The notes: generated from the sequence alone by a model not told the origin. Shown: positions 18,568-29,083, numbered from the stretch's first letter. The stretch: DNA of 64,000 nt from an uncultured cyanobacterium (GCA_963703315.1 OY969811.1:2528001-2592000); one strand, 5' to 3'. Program-made: numbers and translations.

Positions 18568-20877
18568 CCATGAGACTAATTCAGGAAATTTCTTCGCTAG
18601 TTCTGTAATTGCAGGACAAATTGCGGCATTTTCAGTGCGATTCTCTAAGGTATTCCAACTAAAGGGAGCCGATTGTGCTGCTGAGAGCCAAAGTAATCTT
18701 TTAGCACGAGTCATCCCTACATAGAGCAAGCGAAACTCTTCCGCTTGTTTGAGATAGTTACATTGTTTCCACGCTTCCTCCGCATTCGGCAAGCGATCGC
18801 TATGCACGATCGCTCTGATCTGCGCCCGAGTCACTTCAGGCAATCCAAAATCTCCCAAAAACTTGACGGATTCAGGAATATAGGCTTCCCCTGGACAGAT
18901 CCGTTTGTGGAGAAAAGGCATAAATACCACATCCCAATCGAGTCCTTTGGCTTTGTGCAAACTAATAATCGTTAACTGTCCGCCCGTCATATAGCGACCT
19001 TCGAGATTTTCATCTTCCACTGCTTCAAAATTCTCGGACTCGACAATATCTTTAAGAGAACTAATCACGGTTTGCATGGAATAGTTGCCAATCAATTCTT
19101 GATTAAGGCGATCGCCTAGTTTATCGGCAGTGGCTAATAGTCCCGCCTCTTCGTCATAGAGGGTAAAGGCAATAAATGGAATCAAGTTATATAAAGGAAG
19201 TTCGATTTTAGCGCGAAGTAAGCCGATACATTTAGCTTGAGTTTCTTGAGCAATTTGCGATAAAGCAGGATCTAGCAAAGTTGGATAGAGAAATTTTTCG
19301 GGATTACTGGCGAGAGCGTTCAGATCCTGTTGTGATGAGATTTTCTGCCGATCCTTGAGAACTTCCAATGCTGATTTGAGATTGTCAGGGGAATGAGGAC
19401 GTTCCATAAATTGCAAGATTGCTAACATATCCATCGGCACACGCGATCGCCGATCGCTTTGTTCTACATCATAGATGGGAATATTATGCTCTTTAGTCAA
19501 CCATGCTAAGGACTCCGCCACAAACCGCCCCTGATTATGTTGACGTACTAAAATCGCCATACTTAACTTGGGATCTTGAGCATTTAGCTGTTTAATGCGA
19601 TCGCCGATCATCTCAATTTCATGCTCAATATCATCAACGGTATTGGGTAAATAGATTTCGACACCATTCCCAATTGCTTCAGGATTAGCATTCGGTTGTG
19701 GGTCATCAGCACCCACAGGACGAATTCTCTGATCACGAAATGGCTTCTCAATCTTGGCATATTCCGAATGATTGACCCAGTGCAGCACATAATTAGCGGC
19801 TCGCATCACATTGCGGGTACTACGTCCTGCTTGGTCAAGAATTGAGAGATGTGAGAATTCCTGACAGCGATCGCAAAATTCATTAAAAAAGCGCGGATCA
19901 GCAGGGGTAAAAGTAGAATTAATTGCCTGATTCGGATCTCCGACACGCATGAGGTTTTTAAGACCCTCACCCCCAACCCCTCTCCCTGAGGGAGAGAGGA
20001 GCCAGATTCCTTGCTCCCCCTCTCCCTCAGGGAGAGGGGGGGTGAGGGCAAGAATCTCCAACAACCTAGTTTGTAATGGCGAAGAATCCTGTGCTTCATC
20101 TTCAAAAACTGCAAAAATCCGCTCTTGCCAATATTGCTGCACTCCTGCATTTTGCAGCACCCGCAACGCACCCAAAATCATATCGTCATAATCGATCGCC
20201 CCTTCTTGTCGCAATAACCTCTCATAGGTTTCATAGAGTCCTGCGGCGATCGCCAAAATAAAACCACCATCGGGAGCTTCTGTTTCCCTCAACTGAGCAG
20301 AACTTAAGCCTGAACTTTTTGCCGTAGCGATCGCCTCCCTTGCGAGACTTGGTAACACATCGGTTCGCAATACTGTTTGTCTTCGTAAGCGTTCCGTATC
20401 TTCACCATCGAAGTTCCGACCTTCGAGAAGCAAATCATACAATTTAGGATTTTCCTTCACCCAAATATTCGTAGCATTGCGAATCAACCGTTGCTTCTGC
20501 GATTCCGAAACAATGGTGGTTTCTCCTGCGCCAAATCCTGATAGTTCTCGATGATTGCTGGCAATGGTATAAGCCAAGCTGTGCAAAGTACTGACAGTAA
20601 AAGAACTCTGTGGTAAACGCAGATTTTTTAAATGTTCTGATACTTTTTTGCGAATGTTACTGACAGCCGAACGAGTAAAGGTGACGATTACCAGTTGTTT
20701 TTGGCGATGCAGTTGAAATTTAGAAATAGCGATCGCCGCCGCTACTGCCATGCCCGTTGATTTCCCTGCCCCTGGAACTGCCGAAACCGCCAACTCGCCG
20801 CCCTGCCAGTCCGCCATTGTTTGCTGCCCATTGCGGAGTGTTTTGCGTAATTCATTGAGAGCTTCGGGCGAGACCAT
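18565..20877 (-). CDS. UvrD/REP-family SF1 helicase
   Basis: AVPGAGKS, VTFTRSA, DEAQD, VGDPNQAI, SLHKAKGLDW, LLYVGMTRAK. Confidence 0.95.
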   Translation of the reverse strand: MVSPEALNELRKTLRNGQQTMADWQGGELAVSAVPGAGKSTGMAVAAAIAISKFQLHRQKQLVIVTFTRSAVSNIRKKVSEHLKNLRLPQSSFTVSTLHSLAYTIASNHRELSGFGAGETTIVSESQKQRLIRNATNIWVKENPKLYDLLLEGRNFDGEDTERLRRQTVLRTDVLPSLAREAIATAKSSGLSSAQLRETEAPDGGFILAIAAGLYETYERLLRQEGAIDYDDMILGALRVLQNAGVQQYWQERIFAVFEDEAQDSSPLQTRLLEILALTPPLPEGEGEQGIWLLSPSGRGVGGEGLKNLMRVGDPNQAINSTFTPADPRFFNEFCDRCQEFSHLSILDQAGRSTRNVMRAANYVLHWVNHSEYAKIEKPFRDQRIRPVGADDPQPNANPEAIGNGVEIYLPNTVDDIEHEIEMIGDRIKQLNAQDPKLSMAILVRQHNQGRFVAESLAWLTKEHNIPIYDVEQSDRRSRVPMDMLAILQFMERPHSPDNLKSALEVLKDRQKISSQQDLNALASNPEKFLYPTLLDPALSQIAQETQAKCIGLLRAKIELPLYNLIPFIAFTLYDEEAGLLATADKLGDRLNQELIGNYSMQTVISSLKDIVESENFEAVEDENLEGRYMTGGQLTIISLHKAKGLDWDVVFMPFLHKRICPGEAYIPESVKFLGDFGLPEVTRAQIRAIVHSDRLPNAEEAWKQCNYLKQAEEFRLLYVGMTRAKRLLWLSAAQSAPFSWNTLENRTENAAICPAITELAKKFPELVSW
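19964..20048. repeat. CCCTCACCCC/GGAGAGGG palindromic element inserted in frame within the helicase
   Basis: Double-hairpin element; homologous intergenic copy at 53652-53745. Confidence 0.85.
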
Positions 20878-20935
20878 AGACTATTGTGGCAAATATTATT
20901 GCAAATTTATGTTTAATGCTTGCTTAAGTAGTTGT

Positions 20936-21012
20936 CCAAAGAAATTTTTGAAAGCGCGGCAGAGCCGCGCTTTCAAAAATTTCTTTGGGTTTTAATTTAG
21001 CGCAAAGCGCTG
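20936..21012. repeat. Palindromic element (family B)
   Basis: AAGAAATTTTTGAAAGCGCGGC-AGA-GCCGCGCTTTCAAAAATTTCTT; inverted copy at 34968-35041. Confidence 0.8.
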
Positions 21013-21051
21013 CAACAAAAAAGCCCAACCAATTGGCTGGGCTTTTTGTTG
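21013..21051 (-). terminator. Probable intrinsic terminator of rpmI-rplT
   Basis: AAAAAAGCCCAACC-AATT-GGCTGGGCTTTTT just downstream of the rplT stop. Confidence 0.6.
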
Positions 21052-21059
21052 AATTTAGT

Positions 21060-21413
21060 TTAAGCGATCGCTTTAGCTTTTTCGACAATCGCCGTAAATG
21101 CTTCGGGGTCAAGAATCGCAATTTGAGAAAGCATCTTCCGATTGATCTCAATATTAGATTTTTTCAGGAGACCTGCAAACTTGCTATAGCTCAGACCCTG
21201 TTGGCGAGCCGCAGCATTAATGCGGGTAATCCAGAGACTACGGAAATCGCGCTTCTTCTTGCGGCGATCGCGGTAGGCATTACGCAGAGCTTTCATTACC
21301 TGCTGGTTAGCAGTGCGGAACAGCTTGGAGTGCGATCCGCGAAAGCCTTTGGCTAATTTTAGTACTTTGTTGCGGCGCTTCCTAGCTACGTTACCGCGTT
21401 TTACTCTGGTCAT
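21060..21413 (-). CDS. rplT: 50S ribosomal protein L20
   Basis: [41 protein letters not shown]. Confidence 0.99.
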   Translation of the reverse strand: MTRVKRGNVARKRRNKVLKLAKGFRGSHSKLFRTANQQVMKALRNAYRDRRKKKRDFRSLWITRINAAARQQGLSYSKFAGLLKKSNIEINRKMLSQIAILDPEAFTAIVEKAKAIA

Positions 21414-21486
21414 GGCAGTTCGTTATTATCGTGAGTGTATTTATCTAATTTTTTTAGAGCGCTAAGCGCCCTAAAAAAGCTTTAAT

Positions 21487-21684
21487 TTAGGCGTAAGGCA
21501 TCATTGCGCTTACTCTGTCATTATCAGTCTCATCAACTATAGCCATCTGACCCAATCTGGTCTTACGAACAGTTGGTTTATGCTCTAGTAGGTGGTTGCG
21601 ACCAGCGTGGCGGCGAGCAAACTTGCCGCTACCCGTCACCTTGAATCGCTTGGCGGCAGATTTACGAGTTTTGAGCTTAGGCAC
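21487..21684 (-). CDS. rpmI: 50S ribosomal protein L35
   Basis: [21 protein letters not shown]. Confidence 0.99.
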   Translation of the reverse strand: MPKLKTRKSAAKRFKVTGSGKFARRHAGRNHLLEHKPTVRKTRLGQMAIVDETDNDRVSAMMPYA

Positions 21685-21794
21685 TTCTTTCTAGTCCAAA
21701 TTTTTGACCTTTACGAGTGTACCATAAGTAAATGCGTTACAGCGCATTTGGTGTGAAATTCAAATATTTTATGGAATCTAGTTTGGAAATCAAA

Positions 21795-22952
21795 ATGAAA
21801 CGCCGCATATTTATTAGTACAGGGGAAGTTTCAGGCGACTGGCATGGGGCGATTTTGATTGAGGCTTTGCATGAGCGGGCGGCTCTGAAGGGCATTGAGT
21901 TAGAGATTGTGGGACTAGGCGGCGATCGCATGGCAAAGGTGGGCGCAAATCTACTCGGCAATACGGTAGGTATCGGCTCAATTGGCGCAACTGAAGCATT
22001 GCCTTACATCTTGCCAACGCTGCGAGTACAAGAGATTGCCAAAAAATGGTTGAAAAAATCACCGCCCGATGTAGCCGTATTAATTGACTACATGATGCCC
22101 AATCAAGGCATCGGCTACTTTGCCAAGAACATCCTGAAAATTCCTGTCATTTATTACATTGCGCCACAGGAATGGGTGTGGTCAGTCAATGATAAGAATA
22201 CTAAGGCGATCGCCTCTTTTACGGACAAACTGCTCGCGATTTTTCCCGAAGAAGCTACTTATTACCAAAAACAAGGTACAAATGTGCAATGGGTAGGGCA
22301 TCCCTTTATAGACTTAATGGCGAAGATTCCCGATCGCCTTGCCGCACGACAACAACTTGGGATTGCCGATGACGACTTAGTAGTGACGTTACTTCCTGCT
22401 TCACGGACTCAAGAACTGCGATCGGTCATGCCGATTATTCTCGAAACCGCGAAAATCATTCAAACTAAACTCCCCCATGTCAAATTTTTGTTACCACTAT
22501 CCTTAGAGCGCTATCGTGCTGAAGTAGAGAGATTACTTGCAAAATACAACATCAAAGCCACAATTGTTGATGGTCAGTCTCAAACTGCGATTAGTGCGGC
22601 TGATTTGGTGTTAAGCAAGTCAGGTACTGTTAATTTGGAAGCGGCATTGTTGAATGTGCCACAGGTGATTTTATATCGAGTCAGTGCGGTTACTGCTTGG
22701 GTAGCACGTTACATTTTGAGGTTGCAATTACCATTTATTTCGCCAGTCAATTTAGTGAATATGGAATCAGTCATCCCTGAGTTTGTGCAGAATGATGCGG
22801 TTCCTGAAGCGATCGCCGAATGTGGCTTAAATCTATTGACTAATGCTGAAGTAAGACAAACTATGCTTGATGGCTATGCTCGCATGAGAGCAAGTTTAGG
22901 CGAAAAAGGCGCGATTAACCGTGTTGCTGACGCAATCATTGATTATTTATAG
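21795..22952 (+). CDS. lpxB: Lipid-A-disaccharide synthase (start 21771 or 21795)
   Basis: STGEVSGD, YYIAPQEWVW, WVGHP, LLPASR, KSGTVNLE. Confidence 0.95.
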   Translation: MKRRIFISTGEVSGDWHGAILIEALHERAALKGIELEIVGLGGDRMAKVGANLLGNTVGIGSIGATEALPYILPTLRVQEIAKKWLKKSPPDVAVLIDYMMPNQGIGYFAKNILKIPVIYYIAPQEWVWSVNDKNTKAIASFTDKLLAIFPEEATYYQKQGTNVQWVGHPFIDLMAKIPDRLAARQQLGIADDDLVVTLLPASRTQELRSVMPIILETAKIIQTKLPHVKFLLPLSLERYRAEVERLLAKYNIKATIVDGQSQTAISAADLVLSKSGTVNLEAALLNVPQVILYRVSAVTAWVARYILRLQLPFISPVNLVNMESVIPEFVQNDAVPEAIAECGLNLLTNAEVRQTMLDGYARMRASLGEKGAINRVADAIIDYL

Positions 22953-23016
22953 CGTTTCATAGTCTAGTGAAGTACGGGATTGTTTTCCCGCCGAAGGCGG
23001 GAAAACAATCTTCTGT
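22948..23016. mobile_element. Truncated TATAGCG-end MITE-like element (family C)
   Basis: TATAGCGTTTCATAGTCTAGTGAA..GATTGTTTTCCCGCC-GAA-GGCGGGAAAACAATC; full copy at 32108-32202, variants at 23971-24013 and 44872-44950. Confidence 0.7.
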
Positions 23017-23022
23017 TTGTGT

Positions 23023-23451
23023 TCACTTTAGATATTTCAATAAAACATCAGTGATATGACCTTGAAACAAATCTATACCTAATGCCGATTTAATCAGGTA
23101 GAGAATTAAAACTGTAATTGCACTAATCAGAAAACTCATCGCAATAATCAATAAAATTGCTGCAATTATATTGGCAATTTTAGTAATCCTATTGACTGGA
23201 TATTGTCTTTGTTTTTTACGCATATCCTTCCCAATTAATAACACGACAAAAAACCGTGTAATAATCAGATCGACAATAAAACGTAAATCGATGATTTTGG
23301 GTGATGGTTTAGGAATAGCAACAGAAAAAATAGATTTTAGATTGTCTCTATCTTCTATATTTAACTTTTCCAAAATATGTAATGGGATTTGATGCATATA
23401 ATAATCTGCATCTTTGTCAAGATAGTTTTTAGTCGATTGATGCATATTCAT
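23023..23451 (-). CDS. Hypothetical membrane protein
   Basis: 142-aa AT-rich ORF, C-terminal TM, KSALGIDLF ending. Confidence 0.75.
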   Translation of the reverse strand: MNMHQSTKNYLDKDADYYMHQIPLHILEKLNIEDRDNLKSIFSVAIPKPSPKIIDLRFIVDLIITRFFVVLLIGKDMRKKQRQYPVNRITKIANIIAAILLIIAMSFLISAITVLILYLIKSALGIDLFQGHITDVLLKYLK

Positions 23452-23463
23452 AATCTATAATCA

Positions 23464-23907
23464 TCAAGCTGAAATCCATTGATAGATATACCAACCAATC
23501 GCCATTGCACCCCAACTAATGAATATTAGTCCATAGGTAGATCTATCTTTGTCTAGACCTAATGCAGACATTCTTGGTTGAGCAAAAGCTAGTAAAAAAA
23601 CAATGCTAATTGCCAGTGTCCAGCATAACAATAGCAATGAAGCGACTTTTTGTGCGTTCATTGCTCCTAAGCTCAAAGGAGTTGCCCATGCAAAAGCACT
23701 GCCCCAAAACCATATCGAAATCCAAGCGATCGCTAAAGTAATTGATGAGCTTCCTGTCTGCGATAGCCTCAAAGTAGCAATACAATTTCCTATTAAGATA
23801 AAGTAATTAACTTTGTATAGTGCTAATAAATAACCACCAAGTATATATCCTCCAAATAAAACTATTAGATAAATAATTGCATCATAGGGGATATATCGGA
23901 GTTTCAT
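23464..23907 (-). CDS. Hypothetical membrane protein
   Basis: 147 aa, 4-5 hydrophobic segments, 12 bp upstream of the next ORF. Confidence 0.7.
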   Translation of the reverse strand: MKLRYIPYDAIIYLIVLFGGYILGGYLLALYKVNYFILIGNCIATLRLSQTGSSSITLAIAWISIWFWGSAFAWATPLSLGAMNAQKVASLLLLCWTLAISIVFLLAFAQPRMSALGLDKDRSTYGLIFISWGAMAIGWYIYQWISA

Positions 23908-24173
23908 AACTTTAATACAGAGTCTAAAAATGCACAGGCTAAAAATAGATAATGACTACCTTTGGTAATATATAGCGTTTCACAATCCAGTACTTCGCTT
24001 GAAAAGCGCTATAACACACAACCAGAAGACGAGTTGCGGCGCTTCGCGCCGCAACTCGCTTCTTGGTTTCGTGATTTTTCCTAATGTAAAGGGCGACAGC
24101 TATAATATTGCGCTAAAGTTAAACCTGATGCCGAAAGCCCGATCGCAGAACGTCATAATCGCAAATATTACCT

Positions 24174-25157
24174 ATGAATATTACCGTCAAGCTTCGCCGC
24201 CAAAAATCACGCACTAGCGAACCCACCGATCACACCTTTCAAATCGAAGCCGATCCTACTCGCACGACTGTACTTGACGTATTAATCAAAATTCAAAGCG
24301 AACAGGATGGTTCTATCGGTTTTCGGCGCAACTGTCGCAATGCCATTTGTGGATCTTGTGCGATGCGAATTAATGGGCGATCGGGATTAGCTTGTCAGAA
24401 GCACGTTAGTGAAGTGATGGGAGAGCATGATACCGAACTAGTAATCGAGCCGATGCAAAATCTTCCCGTGATCAAAGATTTAATTGTGGACATGACTAAA
24501 TTTTGGGATAACCTCCACAAAGTCGATCCTTATGTTTCAACGGCATCGCGACAAATCAGCAAAACTGAATATCTGCAAACTCCAGCCCAACGCGCCAAAC
24601 TGCAAGCTGCGGCTAATTGTATTCTCTGCGGTTCTTGCTATTCTGAATGTAACTCTGCGGCTGTAAGCGATAGCTTTGTTGGTCCTCACGCCTTAGCCAA
24701 AGCCTATCGCGTCATGGCAGACAATCGTGATGATCGCACTGAGGAACGGGTCGAGAAATATAACGAATCAGGTTTTGTCTGGGACTGCACACGCTGCTAT
24801 AACTGTAATGAAGTCTGTCCAGTGGAAGTGCAACCTCTCGATCGCATTTCCCAAATCAAGCATGAGATTCTCGCTAATCGTGATTTACCAGAATCGATGC
24901 CACAGCGTCATCGCCATACATTGCTCGATCTCGTGAAGGAAGATGGCTGGATTGATGAAAGTAAATTTGCAGTGCGACTCGTCAGCGATGATTTCAAAGA
25001 TTTAAAAGCATTGCTGAGTATCTTTCCTGTTGGCATTCGGATGCTTTTAAGTGGCAAAATCCCCTATCCGTGGCAATTCAAAAAATCAGAAGGTGCAGCC
25101 GAAGCTAAAGCTTTGATAGAGGCGATCGCCTCTGCCAAAAGCGAGCATGAACGATAA
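24174..25157 (+). CDS. sdhB: Succinate dehydrogenase/fumarate reductase iron-sulfur subunit
   Basis: CRNAICGSCAMRING..LAC; CILCGSCYSEC; CTRCYNCNEVCP. Confidence 0.95.
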   Translation: MNITVKLRRQKSRTSEPTDHTFQIEADPTRTTVLDVLIKIQSEQDGSIGFRRNCRNAICGSCAMRINGRSGLACQKHVSEVMGEHDTELVIEPMQNLPVIKDLIVDMTKFWDNLHKVDPYVSTASRQISKTEYLQTPAQRAKLQAAANCILCGSCYSECNSAAVSDSFVGPHALAKAYRVMADNRDDRTEERVEKYNESGFVWDCTRCYNCNEVCPVEVQPLDRISQIKHEILANRDLPESMPQRHRHTLLDLVKEDGWIDESKFAVRLVSDDFKDLKALLSIFPVGIRMLLSGKIPYPWQFKKSEGAAEAKALIEAIASAKSEHER

Positions 25158-25324
25158 AGAATGCTATTTTCTACATCAATGCCGCAGGGTGTGCGTTATG
25201 ATTCACATCCTCTTGAACCGTCTTGCTTTGCTATATATTAGGACTTGAGCAATTCTGATATATTTACGGAAATCGCAATTCTTGCAAAGCAGATCTTTAA
25301 CTTCAGTCAGTTAACCCAAACTTC

Positions 25325-27550
25325 ATGGCTCTATCCTTTGTCGGTCAAGACTTGCGTAATCGCTCCTTTCGTGGACGTAAGGACTTAGCAGGTGCAGATT
25401 TTACAGATGCAGATCTGCGAGGTTGTGATTTTCGAGACACTATCCTAACGGATGCTAATTTTACAAATGTTATAACTGGTCAAAGTTATACAAAGTTAAT
25501 TATTGCGATATTATCAGCACTTATTAGTTCAGCTACTTTTGCTTCTAATTTTGCAATTGCTTTTACACTTAGTTTTAATGATATAGATATATCTTCAGCT
25601 AATTTTTTAGTTGCATTTACAGTATCTTTTTTGATTTCTATAATATCTATATATAGCAATATTCTATATATAGATGTATTGATTTTTTTAAATTCATTTA
25701 TTATTGTAATATTGCTTATTTCTCAATCATTTACTGCTTTTCTTGGTGGTAACATTATTTGGGGAGTATCAAATATTATTTTTAGCCTATCTTTGTTGGT
25801 TTTTGTAAAACATATATTTAGATCACTTAGAGATAATCCGCTAAATATTCAAAGCGCAGTAGGAACAGATTTTCGTTCCGCGAATCTAACTGGTGCAACA
25901 TTTGCTAATGCAAAGTTAAGACTTGTCGATTTTACAGATACGAAACATGACTTAGTTAATTGGCAAGGAGCATATACTTATTGGTGTAAATTACCATACT
26001 ATCTTAATGATAGCAAAACCAAATATTTATATCTCAATCCAGAAAAATGTAGAGCAAAAAATTATATATCAGCTAACTTTTCCAAAGCATACTTACAAAA
26101 TGCTGATCTTATTGATGCTAACTTGCTTGGCTGTCTTTTTGTGGGTACTGACTTACGTAATTCTCTGCTTGTAAATGCAAACCTAAAAAATTCAATATTA
26201 AAGGATGCTAATCTAAGTAATGCCAATCTAAGCTATACAAATCTACAAAGTACAATGTTAAATAATGCGAATTTGAATACTGTAGATCTAAGTTATTCAA
26301 ATCTACAGTATTCAAATTTAAAAGATTCAGATATATGTACTGCAAATCTTAGTAATGCAAACTTGAAAAATTCAAGTTTAAATAATACAAACTTATATGG
26401 AGCGAATCTTACAAATGCCAATCTACAAAACACTAATCTAAATAATGCAAATTTTCAATATGCTAATCTTAGTAATGCCAATCTTAGTAACACACAAGTC
26501 TTAGGCACTAACTTTACAAGTGCAAACTTAACAGGGGCTTGCATTGAAAATTGGTGGTTCAGTCCCAGTACTAAATTTGATAATGTTACTTGTGATTATA
26601 TATTTCTCAGCCAAAAGATTGATGAAAATGGTAATATCGTATATAACTCTGATAGCCGTAAGCCAGCTAATGGCAATTTTCAGCAAGGCGATTTTACTAA
26701 ACTAATTCGTCAATATTTAGATGGCTTAGACCTAATTTTTCGTGGCGACGATGATCCAAAATCTTTTGCTTTTGCTTTACAGAAGTTACTTAGCGAATAT
26801 GAAGATGCTCAAATTCAATTTGGCTCTTTGCAAAACTTAGGAGATGGTGACATTGTTTTGCGTCTTACAGTTGGAAATCCACAAGTACCTAAATCCAAGT
26901 TGCAAGCCTTCTTTACTGAGACTAAAAAAATCGCTCAATTATTTTTTTCTCAAGGAGAAAATCAAAACTTGCAAAAACTAGAAAGTGAAATTAATCGACT
27001 AAAGAAAGACCTAGCGGATAAGAATCGGCAGTTAGAGAGTAGTTTAGTAAGGACAAAACACTCCCCATCAGATAATGCTAAAGTAGGGAATAATTTCAGC
27101 CTAATTAGCGTAATTGTGCAGGACTCTATGTTTGGGAAAAAGACTGATATTAAAGCAGGTGGCGATGTTTCAGGTGTTGCAGACGGAAACATCTCAGGAG
27201 TTGCAGGTAAAGACTTAAAAGGAGTAGCAGGTAGAGATATTAGCGGACAAGTTACTATCACAATTCAAGAACTCCGTGATAGCGATACTCCCGAAGCACC
27301 AAAACTCGCTGATCTCCTGACTGACTTACAAAAAGTAATTAGCGAATCCACCGAATTAGCAGAACCTGACAAAGAAAAAGCTCTGAAATATCTGGATAAG
27401 ATTGGCAAACTTGCCAACGACAAAGAATGCGATCGCGACATGATTAGCATGGCGATCGATGGCATTCTCAACGTTGTTAGCAAAGCCGCAAAATTACTTA
27501 CCCCCGTCCAAGCGATCGCCGATGGGTTGCGAAAGATTCTACAGCTATGA
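25325..27550 (+). CDS. Membrane-anchored pentapeptide-repeat protein with coiled coil and C-terminal helical domain
   Basis: Pentapeptide blocks either side of about 3 TMs; ANLTGACIENW; GDVSGVA-type repeats. Confidence 0.88.
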   Translation: MALSFVGQDLRNRSFRGRKDLAGADFTDADLRGCDFRDTILTDANFTNVITGQSYTKLIIAILSALISSATFASNFAIAFTLSFNDIDISSANFLVAFTVSFLISIISIYSNILYIDVLIFLNSFIIVILLISQSFTAFLGGNIIWGVSNIIFSLSLLVFVKHIFRSLRDNPLNIQSAVGTDFRSANLTGATFANAKLRLVDFTDTKHDLVNWQGAYTYWCKLPYYLNDSKTKYLYLNPEKCRAKNYISANFSKAYLQNADLIDANLLGCLFVGTDLRNSLLVNANLKNSILKDANLSNANLSYTNLQSTMLNNANLNTVDLSYSNLQYSNLKDSDICTANLSNANLKNSSLNNTNLYGANLTNANLQNTNLNNANFQYANLSNANLSNTQVLGTNFTSANLTGACIENWWFSPSTKFDNVTCDYIFLSQKIDENGNIVYNSDSRKPANGNFQQGDFTKLIRQYLDGLDLIFRGDDDPKSFAFALQKLLSEYEDAQIQFGSLQNLGDGDIVLRLTVGNPQVPKSKLQAFFTETKKIAQLFFSQGENQNLQKLESEINRLKKDLADKNRQLESSLVRTKHSPSDNAKVGNNFSLISVIVQDSMFGKKTDIKAGGDVSGVADGNISGVAGKDLKGVAGRDISGQVTITIQELRDSDTPEAPKLADLLTDLQKVISESTELAEPDKEKALKYLDKIGKLANDKECDRDMISMAIDGILNVVSKAAKLLTPVQAIADGLRKILQL

Positions 27551-27585
27551 GAGCCAGAGATTTGCAGTGAGTTGAGATAGGTTCA

Positions 27586-28283
27586 CTAGCCTCTGCTTTT
27601 GACCTCATTTTTGATCGCCTGCAAAGTATCATTCAAAGCATCTTTGAAAATTCCATAAAATGCGTCAGTAGGTGTGCCATCATTGGGCTGAGCATTGACC
27701 GTGTAAGTAATCAAAACCTGATTGGCAGGACGATTCGGCACAGAAGAGACAGGTTCCATTTTCCAGTAACCTTCCATTTTGGCAAGGTCGCCATCGAGGA
27801 GACGGAAATCAATCTGTTTGCGATCGGTTTCTTCAATTGCAAGCTTAGTACGCGAAACGATCGAAATGACAAAGACTTGGCGCGTATCTACTTGCTCAAT
27901 CACCTTGCGATTACCATAACTTTCAAGAACCTTGCTAGAAGTCATGTTGGGAATGAACTTGTAAAGATTGGCATAATCAGTCAAAACTTTCCAAACTGCA
28001 TCAGGGGAAGCATTAACTAATACCATCGCCACATATTTACCCTTTTCGCCAGTAACTACCGTTTGCCCATTCCGCAAGGAGTCACGCTGGATTGATGGTA
28101 AGCGATCGACGGGACCATCAAAGAGAGAGGCACGGGCAGGCAGCGATGGTGTGCAGCAAGCGATCGCGATCGCCATGACCACAGCCGAGCCTGAAGAAAG
28201 TTTTGTCATAAATTGTGAGGCTAATTTCTGGACTGATTTTGGTTGAGACTGCATAGAATTTGGATAGGATGGATACTTTGTCA
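27586..28283 (-). CDS. SRPBCC/START (polyketide cyclase-like) protein; start approximate
   Basis: VWKVLTDYANLYKFIPNM..S, GDLAKMEGYW. Confidence 0.85.
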
Positions 28284-28303
28284 TGAAATTTGCGACTGGC
28301 TGT

Positions 28304-28939
28304 ATGTATATCAAAATTTGCGGCATTACGAAACTCGATCAAGCCCAAGAGATCGCCCAAATGGGAGTGGATGCGATCGGTTTTATTTGCGTACCAGCTT
28401 CACCACGATATATCAGCAACTTAGCAATTGGTCAGATTAGCTCTAATTTAACAAAGTCGCTCGATTTAGTGGGGGTATTTCTCAATGCCAGTACGGCGGA
28501 AATTTGTGAAACTGTGCAGCAGGGTGGACTCAATGCTGTGCAGTTACATGGTGATGAATCTCCAGAATTTTGTCGTGAGGTGCGATCGCATTTAGATCAG
28601 ATCAAGCCGAACATTAAACTCATAAAAGCATTACGAGTGAAAGATCAAATTGGATTAGATCAAGCTCGATTATTTAGTGATGCTGTGGATGTAGTTCTGC
28701 TTGATGCTTACGATCCGCACCTAGCAGGAGGCACTGGCAAAACGATCGACTGGCAAATGTTGCGCGAATTTCGTCCCAATTGTGACTGGTGGTTAGCAGG
28801 AGGGCTATCACCTGAAAATGTGGAACAAGCGATCGCGTTAGTAAGTCCAACTGGCTTAGACGTATCCAGTGGGGTAGAACGTTCCGCAGGGGACAAAGAT
28901 CTATCTAAAGTTAGGAAATTTGTGGCGATCGCCAAATAA
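28304..28939 (+). CDS. trpF: Phosphoribosylanthranilate isomerase
   Basis: IKICGIT, VQLHGDE, GGTGKTIDW, LAGGLSPEN, DVSSGVE. Confidence 0.97.
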   Translation: MYIKICGITKLDQAQEIAQMGVDAIGFICVPASPRYISNLAIGQISSNLTKSLDLVGVFLNASTAEICETVQQGGLNAVQLHGDESPEFCREVRSHLDQIKPNIKLIKALRVKDQIGLDQARLFSDAVDVVLLDAYDPHLAGGTGKTIDWQMLREFRPNCDWWLAGGLSPENVEQAIALVSPTGLDVSSGVERSAGDKDLSKVRKFVAIAK

Positions 28940-29083
28940 AGCCAAAAGCGAGTAGCGGTGCGAAGCGCCGCTACTCGCTTTTGGCAAGCAATAAACGCGA
29001 TAAAATAGATCAAGGAGCTAATTCACGTTGGTTTGCGTCAAGAAAATTAGGCAAACCTTAGTCAACGTTGAGGAGCAAAAATT

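Noticed and set aside
20750..21356. ORFs 20750-20995, 20924-21151, 20985-21356
   Set aside because: Antisense or alternate-frame shadows of rplT, the helicase and palindromic repeats.
23999..24217. Short ORFs spanning palindromes (also 32043-32228, 34308-34571, 44659-44992)
   Set aside because: Translations of repeat elements with no protein-like features.
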